Of a DNA stretch of 64,000 bases, positions 1 to 9,662 are shown piece by piece (position 1 is the stretch's first letter; every line of letters begins with the position of its first letter). A program made the position numbers and the translations under genes. Source of the stretch: Candidatus Latescibacterota bacterium (lineage in GTDB: Bacteria; Latescibacterota; UBA2968; UBA8231); the NCBI GenBank assembly GCA_964291625.2, contig OZ220090.1, positions 608,001-672,000 on the forward strand. Reading direction: 5' to 3'. The notes under the pieces were generated by a model. That model made no database searches and was not told where the DNA came from. It saw nothing but the letters and a program-made list of their open reading frames with translations.

Positions 1-475
1 CAGCCCCCCCGATCGCCAGGGCCGCCGCCGCGCCGACGAGGATCCAGCCTCCCCCGATCCCGGGGATGAGAAATGCCGACAGGGCGCCCGCCAGCAGCGT
101 CACTCCGGCGGATGTCATCCGGTCCGCCAAGGCCAGTTGGGTGGCGGCCATCCGCCGGCCCGGCAGGACCAGGCCGCGGCCGAGCTCTCCCAGCCGCCCG
201 GGGGTGATGAGACCCAGGCCGAAGCCGGCCAGCAGGGAGCGTAGCGCGTCGGCGCCGGAGACCTCGGGAGCCGCCGCGCGCAGCAGGACCCTCCACTTCC
301 ACCACTGCAGGACAAGACCGACCGGAAGGAGTGCCACCGCGGCCCCGGCGAAACGCAGGTCCAGCCCGGCCATCGTGCGCAGCAAGGCCTGCGGCGACGT
401 GGTCAGGCCGACGACCACGGCCAGCAGGACGAGGCCGACGGCGACTCTCGCGAAGGACGGGGGCAGCCGCCCCAT
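1..475 (-). CDS. Lysylphosphatidylglycerol synthase TM / flippase-like domain membrane protein (UPF0104); 3' end runs off the window
   Basis: Manual translation from ATG 475: [23 protein letters not shown]...QWWKWRVLL...GFGLGLITPGRLGELGR...LADR. Hydrophobic helices plus the TP..xGE..R and DR motifs. Start overlaps the BMC stop (TGATG). Not in the ORF track. Confidence 0.75.
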   Translation of the reverse strand, partial: MGRLPPSFARVAVGLVLLAVVVGLTTSPQALLRTMAGLDLRFAGAAVALLPVGLVLQWWKWRVLLRAAAPEVSGADALRSLLAGFGLGLITPGRLGELGRGLVLPGRRMAATQLALADRMTSAGVTLLAGALSAFLIPGIGGGWILVGAAAALAIGGA

Positions 476-768
476 CACGAGCCGGGTCCGGGCCCGGCCG
501 CGGAACTCAGCAGCGGCTCGAGGGATGGGTGCGGCCGGGGTATCACGTGGACGGCGACGACCTCCCCCACGGCCCTCGCCGCCCGCTCGCCGACCTCGGT
601 GGCCGCGCGCACGGCGGCCACGTCCCCGCGGACCAGGACGGTGATCAGCCCTCCGCCGACGGGGTGCCAGCCGAGCAGCTCCACGTCAGCTGCCTTGACC
701 ATGGCGTCGCTGGCCTCGACGAGGGCCACCAGGCCGCGGGTCTCGATCAGCCCGAGAGCATCGCCCAT
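475..768 (-). CDS. Bacterial microcompartment hexameric shell protein (BMC-H, EutM/PduA/CcmK-like), 97 aa
   Basis: [26 protein letters not shown]...[19 protein letters not shown]...VHVIPRPH is the classic BMC domain signature. Confidence 0.95.
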   Translation of the reverse strand: MGDALGLIETRGLVALVEASDAMVKAADVELLGWHPVGGGLITVLVRGDVAAVRAATEVGERAARAVGEVVAVHVIPRPHPSLEPLLSSAAGPGPGS

Positions 769-888
769 GTTGGATAACATTCTCGGAGAAAAGGACTTGC
801 ACGGATCTACGGGGCAACCGGGCAATAATCGCGCCGGCCCCGGCATCGGTCAAGGCGGCGGGCGGCCCGATGGCCCCGGGACGCCCGG

Positions 889-1977
889 TCAGCGGAACAG
901 GAAGGTGATCACCTCGCCGTCCGCGACCACGTGATCCCGGCCCTCGGAACGCAGCCGGCCCGTGTCCCGCAGGCGCGCCGCGTCCCCGGCCACGGAGAGC
1001 ACGTCGGCGACGGTGGTCACCTCGGCGCGGATGAAACCGGCCTCCATGTCGGAGTGGATGCGGCCGGCGGCGGCGGCCGCCTTCGTGCCCGACGGCACCT
1101 GCCAGGCCTGCAGTTTGTCGTTGGCCAGGGTGTAGAAGGTGATCAGCCCGAGCAAGTCGCGCGCTTCTCTCAGGAGGCGGTCGACACCGCTCTCCCGCAG
1201 GCCCAGGGTGGCGATGAACTCCTGCCTCTCTTCCTCCCCCAGCTGGGCGAGCTCGGCCTCGATGCCGGCGGAGATCCCCAGGACCCACCGCGGTCCGTAG
1301 CGGTCGCGGAGGGCCCCGGCGGAGAGTGCCTCCACCCCATCCTCCTCCGAGACGTTGGCCACCACGAGCACCGGCTTGCCGGTGAGGAAGTCATATCCTC
1401 GCAGGGCCGCGAGGTCCTCCGGGGTGAGATTCCCCTGTCGCAGGGGAACCCCTTCCGACAGGATCCCATGGGCCGCCCTCAGGGCGCCCAGCTCCCTCTG
1501 GCGGCCGGACTTCGGATCGGACCGCACCACCTTGTCGAGCTGGGGCAGATTGCGCTCGGCCACCTCCAGGTCGGCAAGGATCAGCTCGGTGTCCACCGTG
1601 TCGGCGTCCCTCAGCGGGTCGAGGTCCCCCTCCACATGGGAGACCGTCTCCGCCTCGAAGCAGCGCACCACGTGAAGCAGGGCGTCGGTCTGGCGCACGT
1701 CGGCGAGGAACTGGTTCCCCCTCCCCTCTCCGCGGCTGGCGCCGCGCACGAGACCAGCGATATCGGTGATCCGGATGGACGCGGGGGAACAGCTGGCCGG
1801 CTGCAGCGCCCCTTCGAGCCGGCGCAGGCGCCCATCGGGAACGTCGACGACGGCCACGTTCGGCTCGATGGTGCAGAAGGGATAGCTGGAGGCCGCCGCC
1901 GAGCCCCGGCTCAGGGCGTTGAACAGGGTCGACTTGCCGACGTTGGGCAGACCGACGATCCCCACGGAGAGGCTCAT
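889..1977 (-). CDS. ychF: Ribosome-binding Obg-family ATPase YchF
   Basis: GIVGLPNVGKSTLFNAL, YPFCTIEPN, DIAGLVRGAS.GEG.GNQFL, C-terminal TGS-like IHSD..GFIRAEV. Start taken at ATG 1977 overlapping the upstream stop. Confidence 0.95.
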   Translation of the reverse strand: MSLSVGIVGLPNVGKSTLFNALSRGSAAASSYPFCTIEPNVAVVDVPDGRLRRLEGALQPASCSPASIRITDIAGLVRGASRGEGRGNQFLADVRQTDALLHVVRCFEAETVSHVEGDLDPLRDADTVDTELILADLEVAERNLPQLDKVVRSDPKSGRQRELGALRAAHGILSEGVPLRQGNLTPEDLAALRGYDFLTGKPVLVVANVSEEDGVEALSAGALRDRYGPRWVLGISAGIEAELAQLGEEERQEFIATLGLRESGVDRLLREARDLLGLITFYTLANDKLQAWQVPSGTKAAAAAGRIHSDMEAGFIRAEVTTVADVLSVAGDAARLRDTGRLRSEGRDHVVADGEVITFLFR

Positions 1978-3668
1978 CCTCTCTCCTCCGCCGGCAGCAG
2001 ACCCGGGCGGACCATCAAGGTCTTCTCCCGCCTCACCGAGGCCAGACCCGGCGGGCCACCCCTGGGCCTGGAGACGTACCTGGCGAGGGTGTAGATGACG
2101 GGCACCTTGCCGGCCGTGCGGCCCTTGCTCCACCAGGCGGCCACCGCCGCCGCCTCCTCGAGGGTTCTTCGCGACGGTTCGTCCTTGCGTCCCTCGCGGC
2201 GCAGGATCACATGGGAACCGGAGTAGCCCCGGGCGTGGAACCAGAAGTCGTTCTGGGAAGCGAGGCGGTGGGAGAGCCGGTCGTTTTCCTGGTTGTTCCG
2301 TCCGGCCCACACCGACCAGCCCGAAGAGGTGATGTAGCGGCGCGGGCGAGCAGGCGGGTCCTGCCCTCCGGCCGAAGACGCGCTCGCGCTCCTCCTGTCC
2401 AGGCCCAGACTGCGCTCCCAGCGCTCCATCTCCTTCTCCGTCACCTGTTCGTCCCCGTTCTCCCCCAGCCGCTTCAGGAGGAGGCGGGTCTCCTCCAACT
2501 GCTCCTCCACCCGCCGCAGGCGCGGGGGCAGCACCTCCAGCCTGCGGCGCAGGCGCCGCGCCCGCTTGAGCATGCGGCCGGCCTGGCTCGCCGCCGACCG
2601 CCCCGGCTCCAGCTCGACGACGATGGGCGCCGCCGCCGGGTCGTGCACGTCGGTCACCTCGAGGCGTCCCGGCCCCCTGGCGCCCGGGTCGCCGGCGGCC
2701 GCCAGGGAATGGGCGGACCGCTCGAGGAGGTCCACCTGGCGGGCCTCCTCGAGGTCGGAGTTCAGCGCCGCCCTGCGGCGCTCGAGCCGGCCCGCAGCCC
2801 GGCTCAGCCGGGAGCGCCGGCCGGCGGCGGCGGCAGGAGCGGCCCCGGCGAGGGGAGCTCGCAGGGCTTCGCTCACGGAGTCGAAGCGCTCCACCTCCAC
2901 ACCAGCCACGGGCTCCAGAACGGAGACCCGCACCCATCCCCCGCCCGCAGCCCACCGGAACACCGGACGGCGGCAGCCGCCGTGCAGCTGCCGGCCCGCC
3001 TGGTGCAGGGCCGCGGCCACGGCCGGTCCGCAATCGCTCACCGGCCGGGACGGCTCCGTTCCGGCCTCGGCGCACCATCGCGCGATGACGTGGCGGTCCA
3101 GGCCGGCCAGCGACCGGCGCAGGACCTCCTCCAGAGTACCCTGCCCCGCGAGCACCGCCTCCCAGTCCGCCCTTGCCATGGAGGCGGGATCGAGGCGGCC
3201 GTAGAGGCCGGGAGGTCGATGGGGATCGCCCCTGCGCGGCGCCCGCCGGTCACTCCCGGCGGACCAGGCCCCGAGGACCCGGCCGTGGCGCTCCCCCACG
3301 AGGCAGAGCCGGTACCGGGGCGGGACCAGCACGATGTGGAGGACGCCGTACGTCGGGTCCCCGGCAGCGTCCTTGCGCTGCAGTCGAACCTGCAGGACGC
3401 GGTCGCCCTCGGCGCAGGAAACCCCCTCCACACGCGCCCGGAGGAGGTAGCGCAGGGAGCGGTCTCCACGCTCCGGGCGCTCCGGCGACGGTCCCAGAGC
3501 GATGCCGCCCGGGGGGCCGAAACGGACCTGCAGGGAGTGCTCCGAGGCCCCCTGCGCCTCGAGGGACATCCCCTCGGCGTCGGCGTCGGCCAGCCGCAGT
3601 CGGCGGCCGTTCCAGGCCGCGCGCAGTTCCTCGGACAGCAACTGCAGCGTGATCCGGTCGAGGAGCAT
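1974..3668 (-). CDS. NFACT family protein (RqcH/Rqc2, fibronectin-binding protein A-like)
   Basis: N-terminal NFACT-like region (DRVLQV), coiled coil, NFACT-R motif GRNNQEND..., WFHARGYSGSHV, AAAVAAWWSK, VIYT..RYVSRP. Confidence 0.85.
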   Translation of the reverse strand: MLLDRITLQLLSEELRAAWNGRRLRLADADAEGMSLEAQGASEHSLQVRFGPPGGIALGPSPERPERGDRSLRYLLRARVEGVSCAEGDRVLQVRLQRKDAAGDPTYGVLHIVLVPPRYRLCLVGERHGRVLGAWSAGSDRRAPRRGDPHRPPGLYGRLDPASMARADWEAVLAGQGTLEEVLRRSLAGLDRHVIARWCAEAGTEPSRPVSDCGPAVAAALHQAGRQLHGGCRRPVFRWAAGGGWVRVSVLEPVAGVEVERFDSVSEALRAPLAGAAPAAAAGRRSRLSRAAGRLERRRAALNSDLEEARQVDLLERSAHSLAAAGDPGARGPGRLEVTDVHDPAAAPIVVELEPGRSAASQAGRMLKRARRLRRRLEVLPPRLRRVEEQLEETRLLLKRLGENGDEQVTEKEMERWERSLGLDRRSASASSAGGQDPPARPRRYITSSGWSVWAGRNNQENDRLSHRLASQNDFWFHARGYSGSHVILRREGRKDEPSRRTLEEAAAVAAWWSKGRTAGKVPVIYTLARYVSRPRGGPPGLASVRREKTLMVRPGLLPAEERG

Positions 3669-3711
3669 GGTTCAGTCGATCCTGAGGCGCGGCCGGAGCC
3701 GGGCCGCCGCT

Positions 3712-6486
3712 TCAGTTGGCGAGCATCTCCAGGCTCGAGGACAGTCTGGCGAGGCTGGCGCGGCACTCCTCCTGGCGCAGGCGCTCCTTCTCGACCACCG
3801 CCGCCGGCGCCTTGGCCAGGAAGGCCTCGTTGCCGAGCTTCCGCTCCAGGCCGTGCACGAGGCCCTGCAGCTTGTCGATCTCCTTGCGCAGCCGGCGCGT
3901 CTCGGCATCGACGTCGATCAGCCCCTCGAGGGGGATGAAGAGCTCCACCTCCCCCACCACGGCGCTGCCGGAAGAGGGGGGCTGCGGCAGGCCGGCACCC
4001 ACCTCGACCGACTCCGCCCCCACCAGGACCTGCAGGTAGGCCCGGCGGCGATCGAGGATGGCGGCGGTCTCCGGGCCGGCGGTGGAGATCACGAGGGCCA
4101 CCTTGCGCCCCCTGGGCACGTTGAGCTCGCTACGGATCGTGCGCGCCGCCGAGATCACCTCCTGCAGAAAGGCCATCTCCCGCTCGGCGTCGTCGTCCAG
4201 GTCCCTCTCCTCGGCCACCGGCCAGGAGGCGATCATCAGGCTCTCGGCCTTGTCGTCCACCGGCAGTTGCTGCCACAACTCCTCGGTGACGAAGGGCATG
4301 ATCGGGTGCATCAGGCGCAGAGCCTGCTCGAGGACGGAGACCAGCACGCCCCGCACCTGGTCCCCTTCGGCCGGCGACCCGGCCAGGAGACGGGGCTTGG
4401 CCAGCTCGATGTACCAGTCGCAGTAGTCGCGCCAGAGGAAGTCGTGGAGCGCCCGGGTGGCCTCGCCGAAGCGGCACCCCTCCTGGGCCTCATCGACGAG
4501 TTGGACCGTGCGCGCCAGCCGGCTGCGGATCCAGCGGTCGGCGAGATCCTCGGGGGGCGCGGCGGAGGACGGCGCCGCCTGGCCGTCGAGGTTCATCAGC
4601 ACGTAGCGCGCGGAGTTCCACAGCTTGTTGCAGAACCGCCGCCCCGACTCGGCGCTGAGGCTCTCCTTGACCTCGTTGTCGGCCACATCGGCGTCGAAGC
4701 GCATGTCCTGGGTGGAGCCGCACTGGGCGAGCAGGCTCCAGCGGGTGGCGTCGGCGCCGTACAGGCGCACCAGGTCGAGGGGGTTCAGGCCGGTGCCGAG
4801 ACTCTTGCTCATGCGCCGACCGTCGCGGGTGAACACCGTGGGGTGCACGAGGACCGTGCGGAAGGGGATCTCGTCGACGAACTCCAGCGCCGTCATCACC
4901 ATCCGCAGGACCCACAAGTAGAGGATCTGGCGGTCCGTGATCATGAGATCGGTGGGGTGGAAGTACTCCAGGTCCTCGGTCGAATCGGGCCATCCCAGGG
5001 TGGCGAAGGGCCACAGGGCCGAGGAGAACCACGTGTCGAGCACGTCGGGATCCTGCACGATGCGGCGGCCTCCGCACTCCGGACAGGCCTCCGGCGCCTC
5101 GACGGCGACCAGCGGCCGGGCGCCGCCCTCCACCGAGACACGGAAGGCGCCGGCAGCCAGGGCCTCGTCCCGCCCGTACCCGCTCACCGGCTCCAGGCCG
5201 CCGCCCGAGCAGTCGGCGCAGTACCAGGCGGGGATCCGGTGGCCCCACCAGATCTGCCGCGACAAGGCCCAGTCGCGGATGTTGTCCAGCCACTCCAGGG
5301 CATAGCTCCGGTAGCGGTCGGGCACGTAGACGACCTGCGCCGCCGCCCGGCCGTCGAGGTGGGGGCGCACCTTGTCGGCCAGGGGCTTCATGTCCATGAA
5401 CCACTGCTCCATGGGCAGGGGCTCGATCACCGTCCCGCACTTGTCGTGGTGGGGCACAGCGTGCTCGTAGTCCTCCACCGTCACCAGCAGGCCCGCCGAC
5501 TCCAGCGCGGCCACCACGCTCTTGCGGCACTCGTACCGGTCCTGGCCGGCGTAGGGACCCGCCCGCGGGGTCATGACCGCGTCGAAGTCGATGACGAGGA
5601 TCTGCTCCAGTCCGTGGCGGGAGCCGATCTCGTAGTCGTTCGGGTCGTGGGCGGGCGTCACCTTCACCGCCCCCGAGCCCATCTCCGGGTCGGCGTAGTC
5701 GTCGGCCACGATGGGGATCGGCCGGTTCATGAGGGGCAGCATGACCTGCCCTCCGACCGCCGCCCTCCAGCGCTGGTCGCCGGGGTGGACGGCGACGCCC
5801 GTGTCCCCGAGCATGGTCTCGGGGCGGGTGGTGGCCACCACCACGTCGGGGCCGCCGTCGAGACCGGGATAGCGGATGTGCCAGAGCCGCCCCTGGGTCA
5901 GGATCTCCTCGGTCTCCAGGTCGGAGATGACGCTGCCGCACCTGGGGCACCAGTTGATCATCCGGGTGCCGCGGTAGATCCAGCCCTTCTCGTGGAACCT
6001 CTCGAAAGCGTTGAGGACGGCGGCGGCGTAACCATCGTCGAGGGTGAAGCGGCTGCGCTCCCAGTCGTAGCTGCAGCCCAGCTTGCGCATCTGGTCGTAG
6101 ATCGCTTCACCGTAGGTCTCGCGCCAGGCGCGGATGCGCTCCACCAGGCCATCCCTCCCGAGGTCGTGGCGGCTTCGGCCCTCCTCCTGGTGCAGCTGCT
6201 CCTCCACCTTCATCTGCGTGGCGATCCCGGCGTGGTCGGTGCCCGGCAGCACCAGCGCCTCGTACCCCTGCATGCGCTTGCGGCGGATGACGTTGTCGTG
6301 GATCGCGTGCTGCACGGCGTGGCCCATGTGCAGCTCGCCGGTGACGTTCGGGGGCGGGATGGTGATGCACCAGGGGGTGCGGTCCGGGTTCGGACGGGCG
6401 CGGAAGTAGCCCGCCGACTCCCAGCGCCCGTACCAACTCCGCTCGCAGCGCTCGGGGTCGTATCGCTTGGGCAGCTCGACGGTCAT
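3712..6486 (-). CDS. valS: Valine--tRNA ligase
   Basis: PPPNVTGELHMGHA, GTDHAGIATQ, ATTRPET, DWALSRQIWWGH, DVLDTWFSS, RMSKS, C-terminal coiled coil. Start at ATG 6486 (MTVELPKRY). Confidence 0.97.
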   Translation of the reverse strand: MTVELPKRYDPERCERSWYGRWESAGYFRARPNPDRTPWCITIPPPNVTGELHMGHAVQHAIHDNVIRRKRMQGYEALVLPGTDHAGIATQMKVEEQLHQEEGRSRHDLGRDGLVERIRAWRETYGEAIYDQMRKLGCSYDWERSRFTLDDGYAAAVLNAFERFHEKGWIYRGTRMINWCPRCGSVISDLETEEILTQGRLWHIRYPGLDGGPDVVVATTRPETMLGDTGVAVHPGDQRWRAAVGGQVMLPLMNRPIPIVADDYADPEMGSGAVKVTPAHDPNDYEIGSRHGLEQILVIDFDAVMTPRAGPYAGQDRYECRKSVVAALESAGLLVTVEDYEHAVPHHDKCGTVIEPLPMEQWFMDMKPLADKVRPHLDGRAAAQVVYVPDRYRSYALEWLDNIRDWALSRQIWWGHRIPAWYCADCSGGGLEPVSGYGRDEALAAGAFRVSVEGGARPLVAVEAPEACPECGGRRIVQDPDVLDTWFSSALWPFATLGWPDSTEDLEYFHPTDLMITDRQILYLWVLRMVMTALEFVDEIPFRTVLVHPTVFTRDGRRMSKSLGTGLNPLDLVRLYGADATRWSLLAQCGSTQDMRFDADVADNEVKESLSAESGRRFCNKLWNSARYVLMNLDGQAAPSSAAPPEDLADRWIRSRLARTVQLVDEAQEGCRFGEATRALHDFLWRDYCDWYIELAKPRLLAGSPAEGDQVRGVLVSVLEQALRLMHPIMPFVTEELWQQLPVDDKAESLMIASWPVAEERDLDDDAEREMAFLQEVISAARTIRSELNVPRGRKVALVISTAGPETAAILDRRRAYLQVLVGAESVEVGAGLPQPPSSGSAVVGEVELFIPLEGLIDVDAETRRLRKEIDKLQGLVHGLERKLGNEAFLAKAPAAVVEKERLRQEECRASLARLSSSLEMLAN

Positions 6487-6543
6487 TCGATCTCGGAGGA
6501 TGACTTCGTTGAATGCTGTAACCGCGTGTCGGATAAGCAGTTC

Positions 6544-6572
6544 AATATAGGAGGGAAGGGTGCTTCGGACAA
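6544..6572 (-). promoter_or_regulatory. Sigma-70 promoter for valS-NFACT-ychF
   Basis: Minus strand TTGTCC-17 bp-TATATT. Confidence 0.6.
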
Positions 6573-6609
6573 TCCTCCGGAGCCCTGGCGAGGGCTTCCG
6601 GACCCGGCT

Positions 6610-6638
6610 TTGCGGACCCCGAAGGGGGCTTCTATACT
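6610..6638 (+). promoter_or_regulatory. Sigma-70 promoter for the murQ operon, divergent from valS
   Basis: TTGCGG-17 bp-TATACT. Confidence 0.6.
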
Positions 6639-6695
6639 TGCCCGGCCGATGCCGTGTCACCCGGCCCTTCCCAGCAGTGTCGAAGCCGCGAGCCG

Positions 6696-7604
6696 ATGAC
6701 GGACTGGTCTTCCCTGTCGACGGAACAGCGCAATCCGGCCAGCGCGGAGATCGACGAGATGGGGACACTCGACCTCGTGCGCCTGATCAACCGGGAGGAA
6801 TCGTGCGTGCCCGCGGCGGTCGGGCGAGTGGCGCCCGAACTGGCCGCGGCCGTCGACCGGGTGGTCGAAGCGTTCCGGGCCGGGGGCCGCCTGCTCTACG
6901 CCGGCGCCGGGACCAGCGGGCGCCTGGGGATCCTCGACGCCTCGGAGTGTCCGCCCACGTACGGCACCGACCCCGACCTGGTGCAGGGAGTGATCGCCGG
7001 GGGCGAGGGCGCCGTGTTCCGGGCCGTGGAGGGGGCCGAGGACAACCCTCGGGGCGCCGTGCCGGACCTCGAGGCCCGCGGCCTGCGCCCGCCGGACATC
7101 GTCGCCGGCATCGCCGCCAGCGGCGTCACCCCCTGGGTCCTCGGCGCCCTGGCCCACGCTCGTTCCCTGGGTTGCACGACGATTCTGGTCTCCTGCAGCG
7201 CATCGGCCGCCGCCGCGGTGGAGGCGGACGTGAAGATCGTGCCCGAAGTCGGCCCCGAGGTGGTCACCGGGTCCACCCGCCTCAAGGCGGGCACGGCGAC
7301 CAAACTGGTTCTCAACACCTTGACCACCGCCGCCATGGTCCGTCTGGGCAAGACCTTCGGCAACCTCATGGTCGATCTGCGACCGACGAACGCGAAGTTG
7401 CGGGACCGCAGCTGCCGGATCCTGGCGGCCCTGACGGGGATCGACCCCCAGGCGGCTCGCCGCCAGCTGGAGACCGCCGGCTGGGACCTGAAGCTGGCCT
7501 TGGTGATGGAGACCTGCGACGTCGACGCCGCCCGCGCCCGGAGGCTGCTCGAGGCCAGCGGCGGGCACGTGAAAGGCGCCCTCGCCGGCGCCGGAGGCCG
7601 ATGA
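6696..7604 (+). CDS. murQ: N-acetylmuramic acid 6-phosphate etherase
   Basis: TEQRNP, GAGTSGRLGILDASECPPTYG, EGAED, GPEVVTGSTRLKAGTATKLVLN. Confidence 0.95.
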   Translation: MTDWSSLSTEQRNPASAEIDEMGTLDLVRLINREESCVPAAVGRVAPELAAAVDRVVEAFRAGGRLLYAGAGTSGRLGILDASECPPTYGTDPDLVQGVIAGGEGAVFRAVEGAEDNPRGAVPDLEARGLRPPDIVAGIAASGVTPWVLGALAHARSLGCTTILVSCSASAAAAVEADVKIVPEVGPEVVTGSTRLKAGTATKLVLNTLTTAAMVRLGKTFGNLMVDLRPTNAKLRDRSCRILAALTGIDPQAARRQLETAGWDLKLALVMETCDVDAARARRLLEASGGHVKGALAGAGGR

Positions 7605-8555
7605 GTGCAGACCCGTACTCTCGGCTCGACGGACCTGCGGGTCTCCGCCCTGGGCCTGGGCACGGTGGAGCTGGGTATCCCCTACGGGATCGGCAGACCG
7701 CCGCCCCCGGACGACCGCCTCTGCCTGCGGCTGCTCCACCGGGCGCGCGACCAGGGCGTGACCTACATCGACACCGCCCCGGCCTACGGACGCAGCGAGG
7801 AACTCGTGGGCCGCGCCTTCCCCGGTGCCCGGGGTGTCGTTGTGGCCACCAAGGTCTCCCTGCGCGACGACGCCGGCGGCCTCCTGCCGCCGCAGCGCCT
7901 GTCCCGGGCGATGGGCGACTCGGTCGACCGCAGCCGCCGCAGACTCTCGGTGGAGACCCTCGACCTGCTGCAGATCCACAACCTCGGCGAAGGCGAGCTG
8001 AGCGAGGCGCTTCTGGCGGCCATGGCCGAGCAGGTCGAGGCGGGACACGTGCGCCACTGGGGTGTGTCCACCTACGGCCGGCTGGCGCCCCGGGAGGCGC
8101 TGCGTCACAGGCGGTCCGTCGACGTGCTGCAGGTGGCCTACAGCATCCTCGACCGCACCCTCGAGGAAGAGATCCTGCCCCGCTGCCGCGAGCGGAACGT
8201 GGGCCTCGTGGTGCGCTCCGTCTTCCTGCAGGGCGTGCTCTCGGCGCGGCGGCGGGACCTCGGCTCCCTCCTGGAGCCGCTGCGGCGGGCCTCCGACGCC
8301 GCGGCCCGGGTTGCCGACGGCCTCGGGATCGGGCTGCCCGATCTCGCCTTGCGCTTCGCCTTTCACGAATCCCGCGCCCACGTGACCCTCGTCGGCACGG
8401 CTCAGGCGGACGAGCTCGACGCCAACCTGCGCGCCCTCGAGGCAGGCCCTCTACCCTCCGACGCGGTGGACGAGCTGCGCCGGATTCACGTCGAGGACGA
8501 GAGTCTGCTCCACCCCGGAACCTGGAACCCGCTCCCGGAAGGCCCGAACCAATGA
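7605..8555 (+). CDS. Aldo/keto reductase
   Basis: SALGLGT, YIDTAPAYG.SEE, ATK, DLLQIH, GVS; AKR catalytic D/Y/K/H present. Confidence 0.9.
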   Translation: MQTRTLGSTDLRVSALGLGTVELGIPYGIGRPPPPDDRLCLRLLHRARDQGVTYIDTAPAYGRSEELVGRAFPGARGVVVATKVSLRDDAGGLLPPQRLSRAMGDSVDRSRRRLSVETLDLLQIHNLGEGELSEALLAAMAEQVEAGHVRHWGVSTYGRLAPREALRHRRSVDVLQVAYSILDRTLEEEILPRCRERNVGLVVRSVFLQGVLSARRRDLGSLLEPLRRASDAAARVADGLGIGLPDLALRFAFHESRAHVTLVGTAQADELDANLRALEAGPLPSDAVDELRRIHVEDESLLHPGTWNPLPEGPNQ

Positions 8556-9655
8556 CGGATAGATCGCCGTTGATCGGTGTGGCGGTGGACGATCTCGACA
8601 CCCCCGCCCTGCTCGTCGACCTGGACCGCTTCGAAGCCAACGTCGCCCACCTGGCCGGGTACTGCCGGGACCACGGTGTCGCCTGGCGCCCCCACAGCAA
8701 GTGCCACAAGAGCCCGGAGATCGCCGCCGTCGAGCGCGGCGCCGGCGCCATCGGGGTCACCTGCGCCAAACTCAGCGAGGCGCAGATCATGATCGACCAC
8801 GGGATCGACGAGGTCCTGCTGGCCAACCAGGTGATCTCCCATTCCAAGCTGCGCAGGCTCTCCCGGCTTCAGGAGCGGGGGCGGGTGATCGGCATCGCCG
8901 ACGCCGAGGAAGCGGTGCGCGCCGCCTCGGCTGCCGGCGTGGAGACGGGCCTGCCGATCCCCCTTCTCGTCGACGTCGACATCGGCATGCACCGCACCGG
9001 CGTCCCCCCGGAGGCGGCGCTGCCCCTGGCGCGCAGGATCGCCGACGCGCCCGGCACCCGGCTCCTCGGCGTCATGGGCTACGAGGGCCACGTCCTCGAC
9101 GAGCATCCCCCCGAGGTCAAGGAACGGGCCTGCCACGAGGCCCTCGCCCATCTCGGGCGGGTCCGGGAGGAACTGGTGGCCGACGGCCTCCCCTGTGAGA
9201 TCGTCTCGGCGGGAGGCACCGGGTCGTACGCCCTCACCGCCGCCTGGGAGGGGGTCACGGAGATCCAGGCCGGAGGCGGGATCTTCATGGACGCCATGTA
9301 CCGCGAGAAGTGTCACGTCGGCGAGGAGCTCGGTTACGCCCTGACCGTGCTGGCCGGCGTGACCGGCCGCCACGACGGCCACATCGTCCTCGACTCGGGG
9401 TTCAAGACCCTGTCGGCCTTCCACTACCCGCCCCGGGCCCTGGGCCGCGACGACCTCGAGTTCCGCTACCTCTCCGCCGAGCACGGCGTCTTCGACATCC
9501 GACCGGGCCATGCCGGGCCCGCCCTCGGAGAGCGGATCCACCTGCTTCCCGGGTACGGCGACTCGACGACCGTCCTCCACGACGCCTTTCTCGGGGTTCG
9601 CCAGGGACGCGTCGAGTGCCAGTGGGGCATCCTCGGCCGGGGAGCCCTTACCTGA
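8552..9655 (+). CDS. Fold-type III PLP enzyme, D-threonine aldolase / D-serine dehydratase (DSD1) family
   Basis: LDTPALLVD, RPHSKCHK (PLP Lys), GYEGH, SAGGTGSY, EIQAGG.IFMD, SAEHG. ATG 8552 overlaps the AKR stop. Confidence 0.88.
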   Translation: MTDRSPLIGVAVDDLDTPALLVDLDRFEANVAHLAGYCRDHGVAWRPHSKCHKSPEIAAVERGAGAIGVTCAKLSEAQIMIDHGIDEVLLANQVISHSKLRRLSRLQERGRVIGIADAEEAVRAASAAGVETGLPIPLLVDVDIGMHRTGVPPEAALPLARRIADAPGTRLLGVMGYEGHVLDEHPPEVKERACHEALAHLGRVREELVADGLPCEIVSAGGTGSYALTAAWEGVTEIQAGGGIFMDAMYREKCHVGEELGYALTVLAGVTGRHDGHIVLDSGFKTLSAFHYPPRALGRDDLEFRYLSAEHGVFDIRPGHAGPALGERIHLLPGYGDSTTVLHDAFLGVRQGRVECQWGILGRGALT

Positions 9656-9662
9656 CGGCCTC

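Noticed and set aside
3502-6699. 1065-aa plus-strand ORF, and similar long antisense ORFs such as 18345-21737
   Set aside because: Shadow ORFs opposite valS and gcvP caused by high GC3 codon bias; no motifs.
6560-9655. Apparent 1031-aa fusion ending in the PLP enzyme
   Set aside because: The upstream two thirds are an Arg/Pro/Gly-rich off-frame reading over murQ and the AKR; the real start is ATG 8552.
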